A stretch of 64,000 nt of DNA from NCBI GenBank assembly GCA_964549775.1, contig CAZJVN010000001.1, positions 21,028-85,027 of the forward strand, given 5' to 3'. Below, piece after piece: positions 37,893 through 47,626 of the stretch. A program made the position numbers and the translations under genes. The notes beneath the pieces were generated by a model that made no database searches, was not told where the DNA came from, and saw only the letters and a list, made by a program, of their open reading frames with translations. Numbering within the stretch: the stretch's first letter is position 1; every line of letters begins with the position of its first letter. Source of the DNA: an uncultured archaeon. Its GTDB lineage: Archaea; Iainarchaeota; Iainarchaeia; Iainarchaeales; JAAZKV01.

Positions 37893-38402
37893 ATGAAAAA
37901 ATCAACAATTAATTTTTCAAATACTCAAGATGCACCAAATGCGCTTCCAATTTTAAAAAGCCCACTTAAACAAGAAACCCCTAAACGAAGTAAGTTTAGA
38001 TTAACTATTAGAAAAGTCGATCTTTCCACTAATCAAGATTTTGATAATAAAATTGCTTGGATTTGTTCCTCACTTGGTTTTTTTGAAATGATTGATAAAA
38101 ACAAAAATGCCGCCGCAATATTTAAAGAAATATTTTTAGCAACCTCTATTGGACAAGTGCTAACTAGCACTACAATTGCTCAAAGAATTGGAATGAGTCG
38201 AGGGAGTACAATTAATCATTTAAATAATCTAACAAGAGCTGGATTAATTGAAAAAAACGGAAAATATTATTATGCAAGAAGTAAAACCATGGTTGGAACA
38301 ATTAATGAAATCGAAGATGATTTAGCACACATTTTTTCCAGAATAAAAAAAGTTGCTGAAAATATTGATGCTGAAACAGGAAGTATAATTAGAATGAAAT
38401 AA
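37893..38402 (+). CDS. Winged-helix (HTH) transcriptional regulator, divergent from the grpE-dnaK-dnaJ operon
   Basis: 169 aa. ..TIAQRIGMSRGSTINHLNNLTRAGLIEKNGKYYY.. is a typical wHTH recognition helix + wing. Confidence 0.5.
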   Translation: MKKSTINFSNTQDAPNALPILKSPLKQETPKRSKFRLTIRKVDLSTNQDFDNKIAWICSSLGFFEMIDKNKNAAAIFKEIFLATSIGQVLTSTTIAQRIGMSRGSTINHLNNLTRAGLIEKNGKYYYARSKTMVGTINEIEDDLAHIFSRIKKVAENIDAETGSIIRMK

Positions 38403-38523
38403 AATGTATACTAAAAAAATTAATTCAATATTAAAAAATAAGTTGAGATTAAAAGAGTGAATTTTTTTAGGATTTTTTCTAAACAAATGATTTTTAAATT
38501 CTAAAATCCTTGTTTTTGTTGTT

Positions 38524-40569
38524 ATGAGTAATAAGTTAGATAAGTTATTTTCTCCAACAAGTGTAGCTATTGTTGGTGCATCAAACACTCCTGGGAAAGT
38601 GGGTTATTCAATTTTAAAAAACCTTATTGAAGCAGAATTTATTGGAGAAATTTACCCAGTAAATATTAATGATAAAATGGTCCAAGGAATTAAATCATTC
38701 TCTAGTTTAGTAGAAATTAAAAAAAATATTGATTTAACAATTATTTGTGTTCCTGCGCCAGTAGTTATTAAAGTAATGCAAGATTGTGTTAAAGCAAATG
38801 CTAAAAATGTAGTAATTATTACTTCAGGTTTTGCTGAAACTGGAGCGGAAGGAAAAAAATTGCAAGAGGAATTAGAAAAAATTGTTATTGAAAACAAAAT
38901 TAATGTTGTTGGACCAAACACTCTCGGAGTAGTTAATACTGAAAATGGACTTAATGCTTCCTTTGCCTCAACTTTCCCTAGACAAGGAGATATTGCTTTA
39001 GTTTCTCAATCAGGAGCCTTATGTACTGCAGTTCTTGATTGGGCAAGACAAGAAAAAATTGGTTTTAGCAAATTCATTAGTACGGGTAATAAAGCTTTTT
39101 TGTCAGAATGTGATTACTTTAATTATTTACAACATGACCCAAAAACAAAAGCAGTTTTTGTTTATATGGAATCAGTAAAAAATTATAAAAAGTTTTTGAA
39201 AGAAGCTAGTGAACTTGCGAAAAAGAAACCAGTCATTTTATTAAAATCTGGAAGAAGTCTTGAAGGGCAAAAAGCCGCATCTTCTCACACTGGTGCTTTA
39301 AGTGTGGATGATGAAATTTTTTCTATTGCTTGTAAAAAAACAAATATTATTAGAGTAAACTCAATTGAAGGTTTTTTTGATTTAGCAAAAATGGTTTCTA
39401 AAATAAAAAAAATTAAAGGATTCAAACTTGCAGTAGTTACTAACGCTGGAGGACCAGGAGTGATAGTAGCTGATAGTGCTGCTGCTCATAAATTTCCTCT
39501 ACCTGAATTTAGTCCAAAAACAATTCAAGCAGTAAAAGAAATTAATCCTCATTCTTCTAATCCGTTAGACTTAATTGGGGATGCAAAGCCAATTGATTAT
39601 AGAACAGCGTTAAAAGTTCTTCAAGAGGATTCAAACATTGATTTAATTTATTGTTTACTTACTCCTCAAAGTATGACTAACCCTGAAAGAGTAGCTGATG
39701 TAGTAATTTCTTTAAACAAAAAGAAACCAATAATTTGTTCGTTTATTGGAGGAACTTCTGTTTCACATCCTAGAAGATTTTTAAAAGAAAACGGGGTCCT
39801 TGAATTTGAAACTCCTGAACGAGGAATAAAAACACTTGCAAGAATGAAAGAATACTACCAAAAAAGAGAGATAAAAAAAATATTTGAACAAAAAATTGTT
39901 GTTAATAAAGATGTTAAAAAATCATTAACTGGAAAAAATAAATTAAATTTAAAAGAATCTTTTGATTTATTAAAAAAATACAATATCCCTACTTGTCAAA
40001 CAATATTTGTTTATTCAATAAGGGATATTGAAGAAAAAATTAGTTTAATCAAATTCCCAGTTGCACTAAAAACTGCTTCTGGGCTTGCTCACAAAACAGA
40101 TTTTGGCCTTGTAAAAGCAAATATTCAATCAAAAGAAGAGTTATTTATTGAAGCTGACAAAATGTTTACTATTTCAAAAGAACAAAACGTGGAAACTTGT
40201 TTAGCTGTTCAAGAAATGATTAAAGGGGAAGAATTGTTAGTGTCTTCAATTAGTAATGAGTTTGGAAAAATTATTACCTTTGGTTTAGGTGGAATATTTG
40301 TTGAAGTAATGAAAGACATTTCTCAAAAAATTGCTCCAATAAATGAATCAGATATTGAGGAAATGTTAACTGAAGTTAAGGGGGCAAAGATTTTACAAGG
40401 AATTAGAACAAAAAAGAAATATGACATTAATTCTTTAAAAAAATTGATTAAATCTTTATCAGATTTAGCTTTAACTTACCCTGAAATTAATGAGATTGAA
40501 TTTAACCCCATAATTATAACTGAAAACGGAGCATTTGTAGTAGATGCAGTAATTACAATTAAAAAATAA
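38524..40569 (+). CDS. acd: Acetyl-CoA synthetase (ADP-forming), fused alpha-beta (NDP-forming acyl-CoA synthetase)
   Basis: 681 aa. CoA-binding N-terminus (AIVGAS..PGKVGY), succinyl-CoA-synthetase-like ligase-CoA domain with active His context (SSHTGAL), C-terminal ATP-grasp. Confidence 0.85.
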   Translation: MSNKLDKLFSPTSVAIVGASNTPGKVGYSILKNLIEAEFIGEIYPVNINDKMVQGIKSFSSLVEIKKNIDLTIICVPAPVVIKVMQDCVKANAKNVVIITSGFAETGAEGKKLQEELEKIVIENKINVVGPNTLGVVNTENGLNASFASTFPRQGDIALVSQSGALCTAVLDWARQEKIGFSKFISTGNKAFLSECDYFNYLQHDPKTKAVFVYMESVKNYKKFLKEASELAKKKPVILLKSGRSLEGQKAASSHTGALSVDDEIFSIACKKTNIIRVNSIEGFFDLAKMVSKIKKIKGFKLAVVTNAGGPGVIVADSAAAHKFPLPEFSPKTIQAVKEINPHSSNPLDLIGDAKPIDYRTALKVLQEDSNIDLIYCLLTPQSMTNPERVADVVISLNKKKPIICSFIGGTSVSHPRRFLKENGVLEFETPERGIKTLARMKEYYQKREIKKIFEQKIVVNKDVKKSLTGKNKLNLKESFDLLKKYNIPTCQTIFVYSIRDIEEKISLIKFPVALKTASGLAHKTDFGLVKANIQSKEELFIEADKMFTISKEQNVETCLAVQEMIKGEELLVSSISNEFGKIITFGLGGIFVEVMKDISQKIAPINESDIEEMLTEVKGAKILQGIRTKKKYDINSLKKLIKSLSDLALTYPEINEIEFNPIIITENGAFVVDAVITIKK

Positions 40570-40651
40570 AAAATTAAAATAATTAGCTAATCACTATTTA
40601 TTTTTTCTCAAAAACATCAATCATAATAATACTTCTATTAAATAATTAATT

Positions 40652-41614
40652 ATGACCAAAATTGGTTCTTTAAGTATTAATGAAGGGGCATTTCTTGCCC
40701 CAATGGCAGATTATAGCAACATTGCTTTTCGAACACTTTGTAAAGAATATGGAGCAGCTCTTGTTTATACTGAATTAATTTCGGTTAAAGGATTGATTCA
40801 TAAAAATAAAAAAACTCCTAAATTACTAAAAGTTAGTGATCAAGAAAAGCCAATATTTTTACAATTATTTGGAAATAACCCTATTGAATTTAGTAAAGCT
40901 ATTGATTTTGTTGAAAAAAATTATCCTAATAATTTTTCAGGGTATGATCTTAATGCTGGTTGTAGTGTGCCTAAAGCAAAAAAAGGAAAATATGGTTCAT
41001 ATTTACTAAATTACCCAAAATTGATTGGAGAAATAATTAAAGAAATGAAAAAATCTACCTCCAAACCAATTACTCTAAAAATGAGAATTGGTCTTGAAAA
41101 AGAAACTTTTATGGAATGCGCAAAAATTGCAGAAAATGAAGGAGTGGACGCAATTTGTTTACATGCCCGACTTGGAACTGAAGGATATTCTGGCAAAGCC
41201 AATTGGTTAAAGATTTTTGAAATTAAAGATGAAATTAATATTCCAATTATTGGAAATGGGGACATCACTTCTGCTGAAAAAGTAATTGAAATGAAAAAAC
41301 AAACTAGCTGTGATTTTGTAATGATCGGACGAGGAAGTATTGGGAATGCTTTTTTATTTAAACAAACAAAAGAGGCTCTTTTAAAAAAGAAGATTAGTGA
41401 GAGAACTTTTGAACAAAAACTAATTGAGGCCAATAGATTTATTGAATTAAGTAAAGAATTTGGTTTGGAAATGAATGATACTAAACGGTATTTTATTAGC
41501 TGGGTTAAAGGAATGAAAAGTGCTCCTGAATTAAGAAACGAAATTGTTTTTACTAAAGACTTAAATGATTTAGAAAAAGTTATTTCAAAAGCTAAACCAA
41601 TAGAAGAACTTTAA
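40652..41614 (+). CDS. dus: tRNA-dihydrouridine synthase (Dus family, FMN-dependent TIM barrel)
   Basis: 320 aa. ..LAPMADYSNIAFR.., DLNAGCSVPKA (catalytic Cys context), GNGDI. Confidence 0.8.
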   Translation: MTKIGSLSINEGAFLAPMADYSNIAFRTLCKEYGAALVYTELISVKGLIHKNKKTPKLLKVSDQEKPIFLQLFGNNPIEFSKAIDFVEKNYPNNFSGYDLNAGCSVPKAKKGKYGSYLLNYPKLIGEIIKEMKKSTSKPITLKMRIGLEKETFMECAKIAENEGVDAICLHARLGTEGYSGKANWLKIFEIKDEINIPIIGNGDITSAEKVIEMKKQTSCDFVMIGRGSIGNAFLFKQTKEALLKKKISERTFEQKLIEANRFIELSKEFGLEMNDTKRYFISWVKGMKSAPELRNEIVFTKDLNDLEKVISKAKPIEEL

Positions 41615-41643
41615 AAAATTAATTAATTTAATTTTTAAAAAAA

Positions 41644-41796
41644 TTAACTTTCAATATAATTTTTTCTTGGGGCAGTTGGTTTTTTTATAAATCCGAGGTT
41701 AGATTGCTTGAATTTGTGTTTACATTTTTCTGAACAAAATTTAACATCATTTTTTACTTCAAATATTACCCCGCAAGAAGCACACATTTTTTTCAT
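41644..41796 (-). CDS. 50-aa zinc-ribbon protein (MKKMCASCGVIFEVKNDVKFCSEKCKHKFKQ..)
   Basis: ATG 41796 to TAA 41644, not in ORF track. CxxC..(14)..CxxxC arrangement. Confidence 0.4.
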   Translation of the reverse strand: MKKMCASCGVIFEVKNDVKFCSEKCKHKFKQSNLGFIKKPTAPRKNYIES

Positions 41797-41934
41797 TTTA
41801 CCAACCATCCACCACTAACAACTCTAATGTTTTATTAGATTTGAAAGTATTTATGATGTATTAAGAACAGCTTTTAAATCACACTATTTTTTTAACGAAA
41901 GGAGTTATTTAAACCTTAAAGTTATAATAATGTT

Positions 41935-42651
41935 ATGCCTGAAGAACAAATTCAACAAAAAAGTGAACCAAAACCAGTTGTAGGAGTGGTTGTAAGCTCT
42001 ATTGATAAAGCTGATCAAAAAGAAACTGAAATAAAAAAAAGAATACTTAATGAAGCTGAAACTTGGTTAAAAAAGAAACAAACTATACTAAAATTATCCC
42101 AAATTACTCTAACTCTTGATACTTATGAAGACCTTTTTTCAGATTTTGATCCAAGACCATTTAATGAAAGAGCACTATCAATTGATTTTTTATCAGAAAT
42201 AAAGGGTGCAAGTAAAGAAAAAGCAAATGGTGCACTTGAACTAAAATTTTTGGTTCCAAAAACGAAAAGAAACCCAAAGGACGAAATTTTAATTAATAAA
42301 AGATTAAGAAGCCACTTTAGAAAACACTATGAAATTGTTAGAAAGGAAGTTAGTAGATTAAAGAAAATTGGAATGAGTATGGTAGGGATTGGATTTTTTT
42401 TAGGAATTTTAGTAGTACTAGTATTAGAAAATGTTAGCCACAATATTGACCATTCAGTTATTTTCCAAAATCCATTAGCTTGGTTATTAATGATTTTTCC
42501 AAGCGTAATTTTAGTTTTAATGGAACCTGCTTCGTGGTTTTTGATTTGGGAAGGATTTAATAAAATTGTTTTTGACTGGGAAGAAAAAAAACCAGATTTG
42601 GAATTTTACGAAAAAATGACTAAATGTGAAATTGTTTTTGAAGAGTACTAA
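41935..42651 (+). CDS. Hypothetical membrane protein (238 aa, 2 C-terminal TMs)
   Basis: Soluble charged N-terminal half and two hydrophobic helices. No motif. Confidence 0.5.
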   Translation: MPEEQIQQKSEPKPVVGVVVSSIDKADQKETEIKKRILNEAETWLKKKQTILKLSQITLTLDTYEDLFSDFDPRPFNERALSIDFLSEIKGASKEKANGALELKFLVPKTKRNPKDEILINKRLRSHFRKHYEIVRKEVSRLKKIGMSMVGIGFFLGILVVLVLENVSHNIDHSVIFQNPLAWLLMIFPSVILVLMEPASWFLIWEGFNKIVFDWEEKKPDLEFYEKMTKCEIVFEEY

Positions 42652-42686
42652 GTTATTTAAAAATAATTATTTAAAAATAGATAAAA

Positions 42687-42708
42687 GCACCACAAGCGCG
42701 GTGCTTAA
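42687..42708. terminator. GC-rich hairpin (AAGCACC-acaagcgc-GGTGCTT) between convergent genes; likely bidirectional terminator
   Basis: 7-bp perfect inverted repeat read directly, flanked by A/T runs, between the stop at 42651 (+) and the stop at 42719 (-). Confidence 0.3.
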
Positions 42709-42718
42709 ATAAAATTAT

Positions 42719-42871
42719 TTATTCTTCTTCTGCGAATGCTTTTATTGCATCCATATTTTCAACAATTAATTTTGCCTTTCCTTTACCAAATTGAAATGGA
42801 AAATTATCAGTTTCATTTCTCTTTAGTATTATCATTTTGTTTCCTTTAAATTCACCATATTCTACAACCAT
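42719..42871 (-). CDS. Candidate 50-aa small protein (MVVEYGEFKGNKMIILKRNETDNFPFQFGKGKAKLIVENMDAIKAFAEEE)
   Basis: ATG 42871 to TAA 42719, not in ORF track. Followed by the hairpin above. Confidence 0.3.
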   Translation of the reverse strand: MVVEYGEFKGNKMIILKRNETDNFPFQFGKGKAKLIVENMDAIKAFAEEE

Positions 42872-42973
42872 TTTTACATCACCTTTTTTGATTAAAAAAT
42901 CAATTTATTCTAAAAGATTGTTGGTTCTTAACATTTAAAAAACTACTTAAAGTTATGTGCCAATAAGTTAATT

Positions 42974-43729
42974 ATGATTGAAAAAATTGCTATTGTGTGT
43001 TCTTTACAAGATGAGGCAAGTGTTAATATTTCAAGGGAATTAAAAAAACTAGGAATTCCTTCTTGGGCCAATTTTTATGAATTTACTGAAGACACAATTT
43101 TTTTGCCTTTAGAAAAATTAACTGAAAAAAACATTATTGTTGTTTCTAAACATGAAAGTAAAGCACAAAAAAAATCCCTAACTGTTCACAGCATTGGTAA
43201 TTTTGGAAAAGCTGAATATGGAGGATTAGAGAGAAAACTTTGTGGAACCCTACCAAAAATTGGATCTAATTATTTACGTGCATTAAACCAAAAAAAATCA
43301 GAACTTAATTTAATGGAGTTTGAAATTTGTTATGAGGTTACCCATCATGGCCCCTTTGTTGATAAAAATGTTGTTTTTATAGAAATTGGGAGTTCAAAAA
43401 TTGAATGGATTAACCCATTGTTTGGAAAATTAATTGCCGAAATTATAATAAATAGTACTTTTACTGAAAATAAGGATGTTATTGGCATTGGCCTCGGAGG
43501 AACTCACTATGCCCCGGAATTTACTAAATTAGTTTTAAAAGAAAATTATGCTTTGGGACACATTTGTCCAAGCTATAATTTAGAAAACATTGATTTAGAA
43601 ATGTTAGAGCAAATGTTGTCTAAAAGTAATGCTTCAATTATTATTTTAGATTGGAAAGGACTTAAAAGTTTTAAACAAACCATCCTTGAGTTATGCGAAA
43701 AAACTAATATACCTACAAAAAAGATTTAA
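42974..43729 (+). CDS. Probable archaeal-type D-aminoacyl-tRNA deacylase (DtdA/DTD2)
   Basis: 251 aa. N-terminus ..IAIVCSLQDEASVNISRELKKLG.. follows the pattern recalled for the archaeal D-Tyr-tRNA deacylase family. Confidence 0.45.
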   Translation: MIEKIAIVCSLQDEASVNISRELKKLGIPSWANFYEFTEDTIFLPLEKLTEKNIIVVSKHESKAQKKSLTVHSIGNFGKAEYGGLERKLCGTLPKIGSNYLRALNQKKSELNLMEFEICYEVTHHGPFVDKNVVFIEIGSSKIEWINPLFGKLIAEIIINSTFTENKDVIGIGLGGTHYAPEFTKLVLKENYALGHICPSYNLENIDLEMLEQMLSKSNASIIILDWKGLKSFKQTILELCEKTNIPTKKI

Positions 43730-43834
43730 TATTATTGTAAAATAGTAACAAATATACAGCGTGGAAAATCTCATTTTTCATTAAAAGAAACAAATATTAG
43801 GCACTTTAATCATATTATTATTAGGTGATATTAA

Positions 43835-44083
43835 GTGGATTTTTCAAAAATAGTAAATAAATTTGATGTAATGGATATTGCTCTGATTAAGTTAGGAGTA
43901 TTGTTTTTTGCATTCTGGATTGTTTCAGCATCGGCAACAATCGCTAACTGGGTTATTGCAATGAATCATTGGATCTTTTTTGCAGCATTTGTTATTTTAA
44001 TAGCAAGACCTCTTTATAGAGCTTATTTTAAAAAAGAAAAGAAATTAATTGTTAAAAAAGTGGTTAAGAAAAAAAGAAAGTAA
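43835..44083 (+). CDS. Small membrane protein (82 aa, 2 TM, K-rich tail)
   Basis: ORF with two hydrophobic helices. No motif. Confidence 0.35.
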   Translation: MDFSKIVNKFDVMDIALIKLGVLFFAFWIVSASATIANWVIAMNHWIFFAAFVILIARPLYRAYFKKEKKLIVKKVVKKKRK

Positions 44084-44172
44084 GATATTCTTACTTTCTT
44101 ATTTAATTAATTTTTTAAAAAATAAGCGGGTTTTTAATGTTTTGTCTTTAATAAGTTATTAAGGTGATTTGA

Positions 44173-44469
44173 ATGGGTGGAACATTAACTTATAATTCTC
44201 AAAAGAGATTCAAAACAGCAAATGAATCGGTTATTTCTTTAGCAGGAGAATTTCCTAAATGTAAAGGACTATACCCTGATTGCCCAGAAGAACCTTCATT
44301 AGCAAATCCAATGTGCAGAACTTGCCCAAAAACTGAAGGAATGAAAAAACCAAAACTAGAAGAAATTGAAGAACAAAGAAAAGAAAAAAAGAATGAAGAA
44401 CCAGAAGTTTTAATTGAAGAAGATAAACCTGTTGAAACTTTAGAAGAAGCTAATAAAGAAACTAATTAA
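44173..44469 (+). CDS. Hypothetical acidic protein with a 4-Cys cluster (98 aa)
   Basis: CKGLYPDCPEE..CRTCP then an E/K-rich tail. RBS-like aaGGTGAtttgaATG. Confidence 0.4.
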   Translation: MGGTLTYNSQKRFKTANESVISLAGEFPKCKGLYPDCPEEPSLANPMCRTCPKTEGMKKPKLEEIEEQRKEKKNEEPEVLIEEDKPVETLEEANKETN

Positions 44470-44512
44470 TTTTTTCATTTTGTGAAAAAGCTACTTTTCT
44501 TTTTCACTTATT

Positions 44513-45070
44513 TTATTTTTTATTTTTGTTTAAATAATATTCCTTAAATTTTTCAAGAGCTCTCTTTCTGTGACTTATCTCATTTTTTTCTTTTGAATGC
44601 ATTTCTGCAAATGTTTTTGTTTTGCCTTCCGGAATAAATATTGGATCCCAACCAAACCCTGATTCACCTTTTGGTTTCACTATTTTTCCTTTAATAGTTC
44701 CTTCAAAAAATAGTATTTCTTTTCCATTTGAATAACCAATCATGGTTTTTGCTTCAGCCCCAAATAAACCAGCTTTATTAGCTAACTCAAATATTCCTTT
44801 TCTGTCCAAAGCTTTTACAAACCATTTAATTAATGGACCTGGCAATTTCCAATTAAGTGCTTCTAGTGAGAGAGAGGTGTCTTCAACTAGTAACTCCCCT
44901 TGTTGATATTTTGATGCTTCAATTAATTTAAATTTTATTACTTCTTTTGAATCAATACTTTGAATCTCGGGTAATTCAATATCTTTTTGATAAACTTTTA
45001 TTTCTGGTGAAAGAATACTATTAAATTCTTCTAATTTATGTTCATTTCCTGTAATAAAATATAGTTCCAT
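44513..45070 (-). CDS. Non-canonical purine NTP pyrophosphatase (Ham1/ITPase/RdgB)
   Basis: ..YFITGNEHKLEEF.. N-terminus, ..FGWDPIF.P..KTFAEM.. C-terminal Ham1 motifs. Start at MELYF. Confidence 0.8.
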   Translation of the reverse strand: MELYFITGNEHKLEEFNSILSPEIKVYQKDIELPEIQSIDSKEVIKFKLIEASKYQQGELLVEDTSLSLEALNWKLPGPLIKWFVKALDRKGIFELANKAGLFGAEAKTMIGYSNGKEILFFEGTIKGKIVKPKGESGFGWDPIFIPEGKTKTFAEMHSKEKNEISHRKRALEKFKEYYLNKNKK

Positions 45071-45138
45071 CAAGACCACCAAAATATTGTCCAACAAATT
45101 GAGTTTAATATTATTTAGCTTTTTAAAAATTATATTAA

Positions 45139-46062
45139 TTAAAACAAAGTGTCGAATATTTTTTTACCGTTTGATTCTTCTAAGTATTTCCATCTTTCGT
45201 CAACATATTTTTGTATTTTTTCAACAAGATCGGGAGTCAAATGTTTGAATCTTCCTTGCATCATCAAGTATTGTTCAACTGGTTTTTTTTCTGCTGGAGT
45301 GTAATTTAATTTCATTACCCCATTTTCAATTTCATATAATGGATAAACAGTTGTGTCTTGTGCTATTCTTGATAAATCAATTACAATTGAGGAATCAATT
45401 TTCCATCCAGGAATGCATGGAACAAATACTGAAATAAATGAGGGCCCATCAGTGTTGAGTGCTTTTTGTACTTTGTTTTTTAAATCAAATAAATTTGATA
45501 CGCTTGCAGTTGCAACATATTTTGCTCCGTGTGCTGCAATAATATAAGGTAAAGGTTTTTTTGGTTGAGTTTTTCCATGAATTACACTTCCATTTGGGCT
45601 TGTTGTTGTTGCAGCGTAAGGAAAAGTTGCTCCGCTTCTTTGTATTCCTGTATTTTGGTAAGCTTCATTGTCTGTTGCTATGTAAAGTATTTTGTGTCCT
45701 CGTTCTACAGCTCCGCTTATTGCTCCAAAGCCAATATCAAACATTGCTCCATCTCCACCAATTGCGATTACATTTGTTTTTGTATTTCCTTTTGATAAAA
45801 GCGATGCTTTTACTCCACTTGCAACAGCTGCTGCATTTTCAAATGCGCAGTGCACCCAAGGTACTTCCCATGCTGATTCTGGATAAGGGGTTGAAACTAC
45901 TTCCATACACCCAGTAGCCATTACAATCATTGTGTCTGCCCCTGCAGCTTTTAGTATGTGTCTTATTGCTAGTGCTTCTCCACATCCAGCACAAGCTCTG
46001 TGTCCGCTTGCAAAATATTCTTTTTCGTCTAAACCCAAAATTACCATAATCATCAATTCCAT
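45139..46062 (-). CDS. porB: Pyruvate:ferredoxin oxidoreductase beta subunit (TPP-binding)
   Basis: CAGCGEA.., TPP motif IAIGGDGAMFDIGFGAISGAVERGHKILYIATDNEAYQNTG. Confidence 0.85.
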   Translation of the reverse strand: MELMIMVILGLDEKEYFASGHRACAGCGEALAIRHILKAAGADTMIVMATGCMEVVSTPYPESAWEVPWVHCAFENAAAVASGVKASLLSKGNTKTNVIAIGGDGAMFDIGFGAISGAVERGHKILYIATDNEAYQNTGIQRSGATFPYAATTTSPNGSVIHGKTQPKKPLPYIIAAHGAKYVATASVSNLFDLKNKVQKALNTDGPSFISVFVPCIPGWKIDSSIVIDLSRIAQDTTVYPLYEIENGVMKLNYTPAEKKPVEQYLMMQGRFKHLTPDLVEKIQKYVDERWKYLEESNGKKIFDTLF

Positions 46063-46079
46063 TTTTGTTTTTTAAAAAA

Positions 46080-47234
46080 TTATTTTAACCAAACTCCTTC
46101 TTGTCCTTTTTCAATTATTTCAAATGCTTTTTTTATTCTTGTTCGATCAATATCTCTCCCACCAAGTCCCGCAATAAATCCAGTCACTTTTACTTTTTCT
46201 TCTTTTAGTGCAGCCTTGATGTCAGTACATAATGGCCCTTCATATCCAATTGAAACGTGTCTATCTATTACCCCTAAATTTTTTAATTTTTTTGTTGCAG
46301 AAATTATTTCTTCTTTTGGAAAGGGTCTCATTGATTTTATTCTAATTATTCCTGCTTTTTTTCCAGATTTTTGTAATTCTTCAAGAACCATTCTTGCAGT
46401 TCCAGTTACTCCACCAACTGTAACAAGAGCATATTCTGCATCTTTCATTTCTATTAACTCAATTAATCCGCCACCATATTCTCTTCCAAATTCTTTTGCA
46501 AATTCTTCATGAACTTTTTGTATTTCCTCTTTAGCTTCACTCATTGCATTTTGTTCTATTTCTTTAAATTCAAAGTAAGTGTTTGGTTGAGCAAATGCTC
46601 CAAAAGTTTTTGGGTTTTTTACATCTAAAAAATGTTCAGGGGTGTATTCTGGCAAAAATGAATCTACTTTTTCGCTAGTTTCAATTATCACTGGCTCGTA
46701 CACGTGGGTTAGAGAAAATCCATCCATGCAAACCATTACTGGGAGTAATACATTTTTTTTCTCTGCAATTTTGTAAGCCATTATTGTTGTGTCAAATGCT
46801 TCTTGTACATTTTCGCAGTAAAGTTGTATCCATCCTTGGTCTTTTTCACTCATTGTGTCAGAGTGATCGTTCCAAATATTTAGTGGGCCTGATAGTGCTC
46901 TATTTGCTACTACCATTACTGCAGGCATTCTTGATGCTGAAACAATTGGAATTATTTCATGCATTAGTGCAAGACCTTGTGAGGCTGTTGCAGTAAATGC
47001 TCTTGATCCTGCCGCGTACGCCCCATAAAGTGCACTAATTGCAGAGTGTTCACTTTCGACATGAATTAATTGAGCGTCAATTTCTCCATTAGCAATATAT
47101 TCTGATAATTTTTCTGGAATTAATGTACTTGGAGTGATTGGGTACATTGGTAAAACTTTTGGTCTACAAAGTTTTACTGCATTAGCAACTGCTTCTGAAC
47201 CAGACATAACTTTTGTTTCACTCATAAAAATCAC
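46080..47234 (-). CDS. porA: Pyruvate:ferredoxin oxidoreductase alpha subunit
   Basis: 384 aa. N-terminal ..MSGSEAVANAVKLCRPKV..YPITPST.. typical of PorA/KorA. Confidence 0.85.
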   Translation of the reverse strand: MIFMSETKVMSGSEAVANAVKLCRPKVLPMYPITPSTLIPEKLSEYIANGEIDAQLIHVESEHSAISALYGAYAAGSRAFTATASQGLALMHEIIPIVSASRMPAVMVVANRALSGPLNIWNDHSDTMSEKDQGWIQLYCENVQEAFDTTIMAYKIAEKKNVLLPVMVCMDGFSLTHVYEPVIIETSEKVDSFLPEYTPEHFLDVKNPKTFGAFAQPNTYFEFKEIEQNAMSEAKEEIQKVHEEFAKEFGREYGGGLIELIEMKDAEYALVTVGGVTGTARMVLEELQKSGKKAGIIRIKSMRPFPKEEIISATKKLKNLGVIDRHVSIGYEGPLCTDIKAALKEEKVKVTGFIAGLGGRDIDRTRIKKAFEIIEKGQEGVWLK

Positions 47235-47270
47235 TATTTTTATTTCCCCAAATTAATTTATTCAAATATT

Positions 47271-47603
47271 TTATTTTTCTTCAACCTTATATGCAATGCA
47301 TTTTACTGGGCATTCTTTTGCACAAATTAAACATCCTTTACAATATTCATAATTTACTTGAAATTTTCCGTCTTTGTCTTTATAGATTGCACCGTCAGGA
47401 CAATTTAACCAGCATTTTCCACATTTTATACATTTTGCTTGATCAATTTCTGGTTTAAATGTTCTCCAATCCCCAGTTTTGTATTTCTTTGATGAGCCTG
47501 CTTCAAGTACTGTTGCTCCAAGGTTTAGTATTATCCCTGAAGAAGTTTTCTCAACTTTTGAAACTTCTTTTTTGTTGTCCTTTTTTTCAACCATAAAATT
47601 CAC
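47271..47603 (-). CDS. porD: Pyruvate:ferredoxin oxidoreductase delta subunit (2x[4Fe-4S] ferredoxin)
   Basis: Two CxxCxxCxxxCP motifs (CIKCGKCWLNCP; CKGCLICAKECP). Confidence 0.8.
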   Translation of the reverse strand: MNFMVEKKDNKKEVSKVEKTSSGIILNLGATVLEAGSSKKYKTGDWRTFKPEIDQAKCIKCGKCWLNCPDGAIYKDKDGKFQVNYEYCKGCLICAKECPVKCIAYKVEEK

Positions 47604-47626
47604 TTTTTTTATTTACCAAAAATTAT

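Noticed and set aside
45353-46512. Multiple short + strand ORFs across porB/porA
   Set aside because: Antisense to conserved TPP-enzyme subunits. Cys/Leu-rich junk translations.
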